Assembly (NCBI GenBank): GCA_963702895.1
Contig: OY969767.1
Location: forward strand, 1,952,001 to 2,016,000
Direction of reading: 5' to 3'
Source of the DNA: an uncultured Elusimicrobia bacterium
GTDB taxonomy: Bacteria > Elusimicrobiota > Elusimicrobia > 2-01-FULL-59-12
DNA: 64,000 bases
Shown: piece by piece, positions 8,114 to 15,797 of the stretch
Layout of the letters: each line of letters opens with the position of its first letter
Position numbering within the stretch: position 1 is the first letter of the stretch
Made by a program: the position numbers and the translations under genes
The notes under the pieces: generated by a model
The model's database searches: none
Told to the model about the DNA's origin: nothing
Seen by the model: the letters and a program-made list of their open reading frames with translations, nothing else

Positions 8114-8484
8114 CGGGCTGGGACAGAGACGACCTGGAGGCGATACGGCTTAAAACAGCGGAAATGCTCTCCTGGAGCGAAATGGAATACAGCCAGGACG
8201 GGTATCTCGTGGGCCATGGCCCCGGCCGCAAGGACTTGAAAGTGGTGCCGTCCTATGCGCGCGACATCAAGGCGGCCTGGGATGTGGTGGAAACGCTCAA
8301 CCGGAAAGGCGCGGACATTCGTATCTCAAACCCTCGCAAGGGCATTCCAGAGTTCGCGGTCGAGATCCGCTTGGCGGATGGACCTACGAGCCGGGCCGTG
8401 CACGAAAAAGCGGCGACGGCGATCTGCCTGGCGTTTTTGGAGTCGACGAAGAAGGCGATCTATGCAGCCAGCGCCCGGAAGTAG
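8104..8484 (+). CDS. phage ABA-sandwich / BC1872-like protein
   Basis: ATG at 8104 overlaps the Zn-finger gene; PSYARDIKAAWDVVE and AATAICLAFL match the remembered PxYSxDIxAAWxVVE / AICxAAL pattern of this family. Confidence 0.65.
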   Translation: MELTGWDRDDLEAIRLKTAEMLSWSEMEYSQDGYLVGHGPGRKDLKVVPSYARDIKAAWDVVETLNRKGADIRISNPRKGIPEFAVEIRLADGPTSRAVHEKAATAICLAFLESTKKAIYAASARK

Positions 8485-8507
8485 CTGCGGCGGTCCGGCG
8501 TGGTGAC
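8460..8507 (-). pseudogene. remnant 3' end of a homologue of the PilZ-like gene at 12236-12667
   Basis: Encodes VTTPDRRSYFRALAA*, the same peptide as the C-terminus at 12236-12283; 42/48 nt identical. Confidence 0.75.
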
Positions 8508-8640
8508 GACCACCCACAAGCATGCTCACACTTCGTACCCTGTCTCACCATCAACATATCCGGTACAAGTCGGGCGCAGTGCCCGTTTAGAATTTGATTT
8601 CTAAATGGTCGGATATTAAAGATCTGCTATACTTGACGCA

Positions 8641-9783
8641 GTGATTAAAAGGCTCGCAGACCAACAACTCAGACAAGCCTTGACCCAGTTTCCTGCGGTA
8701 GCGCTGATCGGTCCACGGCAAGTCGGGAAAACCACGCTCGCCAAATCGCTTGGCTCCCGGTATTTTGATCTGGAACAGGAGATCGACCGGCAGCGGCTTG
8801 ATGGCAACTGGACCGAGGTCGCGGGATCCGCGGACTTGGTCATTCTGGATGAAGCACAAAGTGAGCCTCGTCTCTTTCCGCGCCTGCGCGGTGCAATCGA
8901 CGCAGACCGCAAGCGCAAGGGTCGATTTTTACTGCTGGGATCCATCAGCCCCTCTCTGATGCGGAACGTCTCGGAATCCCTGGCGGGGCGTCTGGGTGTA
9001 TGCGAATTGACACCTATTGGAATTCGGGAATTACCGGTGGAAATTGCGCCGGACCACCTCTGGCTTTCGGGAGGCTATCCGGACGGAGGGCTGTTGAACC
9101 CCAAGGACTTCCCTAAATGGCAGGAGGCTTATCTGTTTGCTCTTGCGCACCGCGACCTCCCTCTCTGGGGGCTATCGGCCAAACCGCCCTCCACGGAGCG
9201 ATTGTTTCGCATGCTCTCCCACGCGCACGGTCAGTTGTGGAACGCCTCTCAAATCGGACAAAGCCTTGGTTTGACCTATCACACGGCCCAGTCGTATGCG
9301 GATTACCTTGTTCACAGCTTTCTCATCCGCTTTCTCCCGCCGTTTCATGGGAATCCCCGGAAGCGCCTGCTGAAAAGTCCCAAACTGTACTGGCGGGATT
9401 CCGGCCTTCTTCACGCGCTCTGGGGCGTCAGAAATCTGGAAGACCTTCAGTCTCGGCCCCAAATGGGAGCCAGCTGGGAGGGCTGGGTGATCGAGCAGAT
9501 CCTTATCCACCTGCGGCAGAATGGAATTCATCACGACGCGGCCTTTTTGAGAACAAAAGACGGTGTTGAAGCGGATCTGGTGCTTGACATCGGCCGCCAA
9601 CGCTGGGCGATTGAAATTAAATTTTCCTCGGAGCCGTCGTCGGACGCGTTGAGAACGCTTGAACGCGCGGCCACGATCGCAGGCGCAACGCGACAGGCCA
9701 TCATCTGCCGTAGCCCAGTGGCGACACAGGCCGGTCATCTGCTGATCAGTCCGCTTAAGGATTTTCTTCCTCTCCTTCATTAG
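8641..9783 (+). CDS. AAA_14 family ATPase with DUF4143 C-terminal domain
   Basis: GPRQVGKTT Walker A, ILDEAQ Walker B, ESLAGR, KSPKLYWRDSGL, EADLV...AIEIK. Confidence 0.9.
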   Translation: MIKRLADQQLRQALTQFPAVALIGPRQVGKTTLAKSLGSRYFDLEQEIDRQRLDGNWTEVAGSADLVILDEAQSEPRLFPRLRGAIDADRKRKGRFLLLGSISPSLMRNVSESLAGRLGVCELTPIGIRELPVEIAPDHLWLSGGYPDGGLLNPKDFPKWQEAYLFALAHRDLPLWGLSAKPPSTERLFRMLSHAHGQLWNASQIGQSLGLTYHTAQSYADYLVHSFLIRFLPPFHGNPRKRLLKSPKLYWRDSGLLHALWGVRNLEDLQSRPQMGASWEGWVIEQILIHLRQNGIHHDAAFLRTKDGVEADLVLDIGRQRWAIEIKFSSEPSSDALRTLERAATIAGATRQAIICRSPVATQAGHLLISPLKDFLPLLH

Positions 9784-9795
9784 CCCGGAATCTTC

Positions 9796-11677
9796 GTGCG
9801 CCAGGACAAACTGCACTGAACCCAGTGGATGAAAGATCCACGGCCCAAGGCCTAGCCAGCCAGGGCATAGCTCGTCTTGCATCGACGGCCGTGAGGTCGG
9901 AGGCGAAGCGTAGACAAGCGACAACGTAGGCCGCAAGGTGATAAACCGATGGAGCCCCGAAAAGAACGGTAATGTTGTGGAAGCCGAGGCTGTGAAGATC
10001 GCCGAAGGCAACAAGGTTCCAGCCAAGACGGCAGGGAGGGAGCCTTTCCGCCGGGGTCGTACGAGGGCGGCATGTGTTGAAGGGACAGTGACGGGACCTG
10101 GGAGGCCTGCCGGGAGTCTGGGAGACTGGACACCGCCAACCCGAGGGACAACCAAAGGGAAACGGACCGGCAGGAGTCAGAGAACCCCATAGTACCTGAG
10201 AAGCGGGTAACGACCGTGGAGGGAAGGGGGCGACAGGAGGAGGAAGCGATGGAGGGACAGGGAGCTGATTCACAGAAGTCAGAGACTTCCTTAACGAAAC
10301 TCCGGCGCGTAGCGGAGCAAGCGAAGCAGAATCAGAAGATGCGCTGGATATCGGTCAATCACCTCATGGACACCGACCTGTTGCGGGACAGTTGGAAACG
10401 GATCCGCAAGAGCGGAGCCAGCGGGGTGGATGGCCAGACAGCGCAGGCATACGGACAAGACCTAGAGAAGCGGTTGGAAGAGCTTCATGAGCGACTGAAG
10501 GCGGGGACGTACCGGGCACCGCCGGTAAGGCGGGTGTGGATTCCCAAGGCGGACGGCAGGCAACGGCCGATCGGGATACCGACGTTGGAGGATAAGATCG
10601 TCCACCGGGCGGTGGCCACGATCATGGAAGCGGTGATGGAGCCGTTGTTTCTGGAGAGTTCGTACGGGTACCGGCCTGGGCGGAACGCCCATCAGGCGCT
10701 GTGGTCCATACAACGGACGCTGATGTATCAGCCGATCCACTGGGTGCTGGAGATCGACCTGGAGTCGTTCTTTGACACCTTGGATCACGGATGGCTGAGA
10801 CGGATGGTGGACGTACGGATGGGCGATGGGGTGATCCAGCGGCTGATCGGGAAATGGCTGAGTGCGGGAGTGATGGAGGAAGGAAGGGTGACGCGAACGG
10901 ATCAAGGGAGCCCGCAAGGCGGTGTGATTTCGCCGATGTTGGCGAATATTTATCTGCACTACGGGATAGACCTGTGGTTTGCGAAGGTCATCCAACCGAA
11001 ACTCAAGGGAGAATCGTACGCGTGGCGATATGCGGACGATATCCTGATGGCGTTCGAGCATGAAGCGGAGGCGCGCGAGGTCCAAAGGCAGCTTGGGGAG
11101 CGTTTGGCGAAGTTTGGCCTTAAGCTCAACCCAAGCAAGACACGCCTGATCCGGTTTGAGAGGCCACGAGACACAAACGGGGACGATCCGCCGGATCGGA
11201 GCGCGTTCGACTTTCTGGGGTTCACGCATTACTGGGCGAGGAGTCGACGAGGGATGTGGGTGGTGAAGCGGAAGACCGCCGGGAAGCGATTACGGCGGGC
11301 GATGAGTGCGGTGACGCAGTGGTGTAAAGCACACCGGCACTGGAAGCTCCGCGAACAGCACCAACACCTGAATGCGATTCTTCGAGGGCATTACCAGTAT
11401 TACGGGATGACCTGGAACTGGGTTGGACTGAGCGTCTTTCACCTGCATGTGGTCAGAACGTGGCAGAGATGGTTGAGCCGCCGGAGTCAGACGGCTTACA
11501 TTCACTGGGATCGGATGGAACAGATCCTGGAGAACTATCCCTTGCTACCTCCAATCATTATTCATCCTGATCCATGGCGCATGGCACGTGAGTCCTTTTC
11601 TTGAAGAGCGTCGTGCGGGAAATCCGCACGCGGCGTTCTGTGAGGGGGCGGGAGGGCGACCTCCCGCTCTACTCGAT
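9796..11677 (+). mobile_element. group II intron, apparently full length (about 1.88 kb)
   Basis: 5' GTGCG at 9796; domain V gagcgtcgtgcgggaaatccgcacgcggcgttc (11606-11638); domain VI and ...ctactcgAT end at 11677; internal RT ORF; EBS1 GAAGAT (9994-9999) complementary to the 5' exon end ATCTTC (9790-9795). Confidence 0.92.
10249..11604 (+). CDS. ltrA: group II intron reverse transcriptase/maturase (no endonuclease domain)
   Basis: SGVDG, RPIGIPTLEDK, GSPQGGVISPMLANIYLH, RYADD, FDFLGF, maturase X domain; AGGAGG RBS before ATG 10249. Confidence 0.95.
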   Translation: MEGQGADSQKSETSLTKLRRVAEQAKQNQKMRWISVNHLMDTDLLRDSWKRIRKSGASGVDGQTAQAYGQDLEKRLEELHERLKAGTYRAPPVRRVWIPKADGRQRPIGIPTLEDKIVHRAVATIMEAVMEPLFLESSYGYRPGRNAHQALWSIQRTLMYQPIHWVLEIDLESFFDTLDHGWLRRMVDVRMGDGVIQRLIGKWLSAGVMEEGRVTRTDQGSPQGGVISPMLANIYLHYGIDLWFAKVIQPKLKGESYAWRYADDILMAFEHEAEAREVQRQLGERLAKFGLKLNPSKTRLIRFERPRDTNGDDPPDRSAFDFLGFTHYWARSRRGMWVVKRKTAGKRLRRAMSAVTQWCKAHRHWKLREQHQHLNAILRGHYQYYGMTWNWVGLSVFHLHVVRTWQRWLSRRSQTAYIHWDRMEQILENYPLLPPIIIHPDPWRMARESFS

Positions 11678-11693
11678 CATTGGCCAGATACTA

Positions 11694-12195
11694 CCGTCTG
11701 AACCCACCGCACTTTTTTGTCCCCTCTCCCGCCGCTAGGTGGGAGAGGGTGAAGGGTGAGGGCAAAACCTCACCTTTCGACGTAGACCTGCCCTCACCCC
11801 GGCCCTCTCCCGCGTTCCGCGGGCGAGGGGGTTCCATTGAACCGAAGATTTCCTGTTAGCCCGAAACCTGCGGTTGACCAGGTCCTGCCGTCTGAACCCA
11901 CCGCACTTTTTTGTGCCGTCACCCCGGCGAAAGCCGGCCCTCCACACAACCGGCGCCCGCCACACGGCTGGCGAGGCCTCGCCGGAAGTTTGGCGGGGGC
12001 CGTCCGCCCTGCCATGTGGCGGACGGGGTCTATCATCGTCGTAAACGGAATGATGGATCCGACACACTACGGTCGGACGCCTGTCGTGCGGCGTCCCCCC
12101 CTTACGACCGGGGGGGATGACGGTACAAAAAAGTCCCGACGTCTCAGTCGATAAAGAACGTTCAACAGAACTTTTCCGGTTAGTGGCGGGGTTCA
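11694..12195. repeat. two tandem REP-like palindromic cassettes sharing a 27-bp leader and a related 23-bp trailer
   Basis: ccgtctgaacccaccgcacttttttgt at 11694-11720 and 11888-11914. Cassette 1 is a CCCTCTCCC...GGGAGAGGG doublet (11721-11831). Cassette 2 is bounded by acttttttgtgccgtca / tgacggtacaaaaaagt (11905-12134). Confidence 0.8.
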
Positions 12196-12235
12196 ACCGA
12201 CGTAAGTCGAACGGAGGATCGGGTAAGGGTGTCGG

Positions 12236-12667
12236 CTACGCGGCGAGTGCCCGGAAGTAGCTGCGGCGGTCGGGTGTGGTGACCAGAACGCCGAGTTCGC
12301 AGGTCTGGCCCTTTTTGCCAGCTTTGACCCACTGAACGCGGCCACGCATGGGTTTGGTGCCATGATCATCGTAGACGAGGCCGTCCAGAAGCACCACCGA
12401 ACCTTTCTTCAGGATGTCTGACGGCGAGCGGACGGAAAGTCTCCTGGGCAAAGGGCGCTCATCCATGTCCTTAAAATCCGGTGAATAATCCCGGCTCGCC
12501 CAGGCCTGCGACCAGACCAGGCGCACGCCGTCCTCGCCCAAATCCCGGGCCCACATCTCCCAGCCATGCGTCTCATGGCCGTTTCGGCTGCGGGGCGTGC
12601 CCGGCGGCAGGCAATTGACCAGGACGCGAATGGGGAACCGCTTGGTATGTCTTCTGTCATGTTTCAT
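12236..12667 (-). CDS. PilZ-like domain protein
   Basis: N-terminal DRRHTKRFP (RxxxR), DLGEDG (DxSxxG-like), GRVQWV, ELGV. Confidence 0.65.
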   Translation of the reverse strand: MKHDRRHTKRFPIRVLVNCLPPGTPRSRNGHETHGWEMWARDLGEDGVRLVWSQAWASRDYSPDFKDMDERPLPRRLSVRSPSDILKKGSVVLLDGLVYDDHGTKPMRGRVQWVKAGKKGQTCELGVLVTTPDRRSYFRALAA

Positions 12668-12687
12668 GACCGCCTCCTCAGCCCACC

Positions 12688-13278
12688 CTACTCGTATCGA
12701 ATGTCGTCGAGATAGAACACGGCGCCATCAGGGTTGCCGTCACGGTTGGCCGTCCAGCAAAAACCACCGCTGATGCTGGAAAGCTCCTGCCCCTCAAGCG
12801 GAATCTCATAGGTTTTCCAGGCCTTGGTGAGCGTGATCGGCCCAATCGACGAGGACCCGGAATCCGAATAGTCCCCCGTTAGCCCTCCGACCTTAAATTC
12901 CTCAATACGTTCTCCACCCTTTTCCCCCCGGGCCTTGAAAAGGAGCTTCTTCCTGCCGTTCAGGTTGTAACCGCCCGGACGATTGCCCCAATTGTTGGCG
13001 GGGTTCTGCCAGTAAATCCCGGCCCACCCATTGTTTTGCTTACCGGCAGCGCTGTAGGAGATCTGGATGACGGTTTTGGACTTTGAATCACCGGCTGGAC
13101 GCCAGTGGTCATTGAGCCGCACATCCCCGTAGTCCCCCATCCAGCCGGAAGGGGCGAAGTGATTGTCGCGTGAATGGAACTCTCGGTAAATATAGAAAGG
13201 ATCGTCGGCGTATGCTGCGGATGAGACAAAGACCAGAAGAGCCAACAGTGAAGCGCGAAGGATGGTATTAGGGTTCAT
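12688..13278 (-). CDS. secreted carbohydrate-binding-module-like (beta-sandwich) protein
   Basis: Likely start MNPNTILR (13278) with signal peptide; PSGWMGD, GWAGIYWQNPANNWG, ARGEKGGE, GPITLTKAWKTY, YLDDIRYE. Confidence 0.75.
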   Translation of the reverse strand: MNPNTILRASLLALLVFVSSAAYADDPFYIYREFHSRDNHFAPSGWMGDYGDVRLNDHWRPAGDSKSKTVIQISYSAAGKQNNGWAGIYWQNPANNWGNRPGGYNLNGRKKLLFKARGEKGGERIEEFKVGGLTGDYSDSGSSSIGPITLTKAWKTYEIPLEGQELSSISGGFCWTANRDGNPDGAVFYLDDIRYE

Positions 13279-13981
13279 ACTGAATTTGATCGACGTAGAT
13301 CGTTCCTCCTTGCCCCGGAACGGTATTGCCCGGGAACGGGTCGTTAAAGACATATGTTACTTTAAAAAAATCTTTGATGGACGCGAGCGCCGCGGGGAGA
13401 TTGGCGATAGGAACGGTGAATTGTTTCCAGTCCGAGCTCAGCGAGTCTTTCCGTCCGCAGGCGAAAGACCCTGGATTCACACCGTCATCGAGAGTCCCAT
13501 TAGGCGAAAGGCTCACGCATGAAAGATTGACGGTAGCATCGGTCCCATCGTCGGCCACTTCGATCTTGGCCAGCGTATTCGTGGACAAGGTGCCGCGCGC
13601 ATAAAACTTCACCTTTGTATAGCCCGCTTGACGGAGGTCACGCCCCGGCGTGGAGTCATATTCCGGTTGCGTTGCCGTGTGCATGAGCGTAAACCCACAA
13701 AAATTATGCTGACCATCGACCCTTTCGCCCGTCCAGCTGTAGCGTATGGACCTTTGGCTGATGGGATTGGAACGATCCTTAAACGTCAGGCTCTGGCCCG
13801 TGTCTAAGGGATATAAGAACGCGCCGCCTCCGCTGATGAGTTCGCTGGAAAAGATCACATAGGCCGGTGCTGCCCCGAATGAGCCCGTTCCGCCGGAGCC
13901 CACACTTTTGACCCTCTCGGAGGGAGACTTGTCGCAGCCCGCCAGAAGCACAAGCAACAAGGGAAACACAAGGGAGATCAT
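13268..13981 (-). CDS. lipoprotein with a divergent copy of the same CBM-like domain
   Basis: Lipobox LLAGC; GRDLRQAGYTKVKFYARG, LSSDWKQFTVP, IYVDQIQYE. Confidence 0.7.
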   Translation of the reverse strand: MISLVFPLLLVLLAGCDKSPSERVKSVGSGGTGSFGAAPAYVIFSSELISGGGAFLYPLDTGQSLTFKDRSNPISQRSIRYSWTGERVDGQHNFCGFTLMHTATQPEYDSTPGRDLRQAGYTKVKFYARGTLSTNTLAKIEVADDGTDATVNLSCVSLSPNGTLDDGVNPGSFACGRKDSLSSDWKQFTVPIANLPAALASIKDFFKVTYVFNDPFPGNTVPGQGGTIYVDQIQYEP

Positions 13982-15123
13982 GGGTTTACGCTCTTCAAAA
14001 TGGTCACTTCCACCCGGCGGTTGAGCGATCGACCCGCGCGCGTCTTATTATCCGCCACAGGCTTTGTAACGCCATAGCCCGTCACGCTAAAACGACTGCT
14101 TTCGTAGCCGCCACGCTTAATGAGGTAATCGCGAACGGCCTTGGCACGAAGCTCCGAGAGCTTGAGGTTATAGGTCTTGTCCCCCGTACTGTCGGTATGG
14201 CCCTCAACAAGCACCCGGTTTTTCGGATAGGCGGCCAGAAGTGCAATCAGCTGATCGAGTACTTTGCCGCTGGGCGCCTCCAGGACGGATTTCCCCGACG
14301 CAAACAAGAGGCTCGAGCTGAAGCTCACCTTCAGCCCTGTATCGACCTCTTTAATTTCGAGATCCTTCGCTTGCGCGGCCCTCGCTTTTTCCTGTGCGGC
14401 GGCCAATGAGAGCTCCGGTGCGGGGGGTACGGGTGGCTGGCCAACCGGGGGCGCTCCTGCCTCCTGAGTCAGTGCGGTCTGGGCCAGAGAGCCCTCAAAA
14501 ACGATGTCATCTATATATAGGATGGCGCCTCCGCCATTTTCAGCCTTGTTCAGGGACAAGCCGAAACCTCCGATGATATGCCTTAAATCCTTGCCGGTGA
14601 GATCGATCTCGTAGCGCTTCCATTCTTTGGTCAGGCGAACATTGGTGATCTGGGCCACATCGGAATCCGGGTATCGCCCTACGATGCCGCCCACTCTAAA
14701 TTTTTGCACTCTCTCCCCGCCCGCTTCCCCCCTGGCGCGGAAACTCAAGCGGGCGGCTCCACGAAGATCATAACCAGCCCGACCGGGCCGCTCTCCCCAA
14801 TTGTTGGCGGGGTCCTGCCAGTAGAGGCCCGCCCACCCCTTGGGACCCGTGCCCCTGTAATTGACTTTCAGGCAAACATCTTCTTTGTCGTCCGCCTTGA
14901 GGGTCGTGGCCGATAAAACAAGATCACTGTCCCCCATGTAACCAGAGGGTACGTAATGAGGCTTCTTTCCAGGCTGGTGGGAATAGACCGCAAACGTCTG
15001 AAAAACGGTGGGACTGGAGCTTGAGACCGCCGGGGAAGGCGCTGTCATGACGGGTTGCGCAGCCAGGACAGTCCATCCTAGCATCAGCATTCCGACGACT
15101 GTTGTGACGAAGAAATAGCTCAC
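13978..15123 (-). CDS. CBM-like domain + OmpA/MotB peptidoglycan-binding domain protein
   Basis: PSGYMGD...GWAGLYWQDPANNWG domain, then VEGHTDSTG, NLKLSELRA, NRRVEV. Confidence 0.85.
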   Translation of the reverse strand: MSYFFVTTVVGMLMLGWTVLAAQPVMTAPSPAVSSSSPTVFQTFAVYSHQPGKKPHYVPSGYMGDSDLVLSATTLKADDKEDVCLKVNYRGTGPKGWAGLYWQDPANNWGERPGRAGYDLRGAARLSFRARGEAGGERVQKFRVGGIVGRYPDSDVAQITNVRLTKEWKRYEIDLTGKDLRHIIGGFGLSLNKAENGGGAILYIDDIVFEGSLAQTALTQEAGAPPVGQPPVPPAPELSLAAAQEKARAAQAKDLEIKEVDTGLKVSFSSSLLFASGKSVLEAPSGKVLDQLIALLAAYPKNRVLVEGHTDSTGDKTYNLKLSELRAKAVRDYLIKRGGYESSRFSVTGYGVTKPVADNKTRAGRSLNRRVEVTILKSVNP

Positions 15124-15149
15124 AGCGTCCTTCCCCTGGCGGTCAGGCT

Positions 15150-15782
15150 TTATTCGAAGCGAATCTCGTCCAGATACACGACGAACCCATTCGGGTTGTC
15201 GTCGCGGCTGGCCGACCAGCAGAAACCGCCCACGATATGGGACAGGTTCTTGTCCGCGAGGTCAATGGAGTACTTCTTCCAATCCTTGGTGAGGGTAATG
15301 GGACCGACGGACCCGGAGTCAGAATCTCCGTGCTCGCCCGTAATGCCGCCCACTTTAAACTCCGCGATCCGTTCCCCGCCTTCCTGGCCTTTGGCCCAGA
15401 ACGTCAAGCGCTTATAGGCAGAAAGATCATAGCCCCCTGGCTTTTCGCCCCAGTTGTTGGCAGGATGCTGCCAGAAAATACCTGTCCAGTTGGCGCCCTG
15501 GGCGGCCTTCCCACTATAGGTGATTTTGATGGCTGTTTTGCCGTCAGCCGGATCAGTCGTGTTCCCATCTTCGATCTTGAGATCGCCATAATCCCCCATC
15601 CACCCCGATGGAATGTAATGATTGACCCTTGCCCCTTTGTCCGAGTACACATAGAAGACGTTTTTCACGGCGGAATCCGTGGCAGACGCCTTTTTCTTGG
15701 CGGCGGCAATCGCGTTGACGGCGATCATCGCCAGTGCCAGAGCCATCACAGCCCTGCAAGCTACTTTTATGCTCATGTTCAT
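15150..15782 (-). CDS. secreted CBM-like protein (paralogue of 12688-13278)
   Basis: AGGAG RBS, signal peptide, PSGWMGDYGD, WTGIFWQHPANNWG, GPITLTKDWKKY. Confidence 0.8.
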   Translation of the reverse strand: MNMSIKVACRAVMALALAMIAVNAIAAAKKKASATDSAVKNVFYVYSDKGARVNHYIPSGWMGDYGDLKIEDGNTTDPADGKTAIKITYSGKAAQGANWTGIFWQHPANNWGEKPGGYDLSAYKRLTFWAKGQEGGERIAEFKVGGITGEHGDSDSGSVGPITLTKDWKKYSIDLADKNLSHIVGGFCWSASRDDNPNGFVVYLDEIRFE

Positions 15783-15797
15783 CTCCTTTTGGTTTGC

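Noticed and set aside
10249..11604. RT as a retron, DGR or defence RT
   Set aside because: It lies inside a canonical group II intron (GTGCG start, domains V/VI, EBS1-IBS1) and has a maturase domain; no template/variable repeat pair seen.
11694..11914. 27-bp direct repeat as a CRISPR array
   Set aside because: Only two copies, 167 nt apart, with palindromic REP-like DNA between them; no cas genes in the window.
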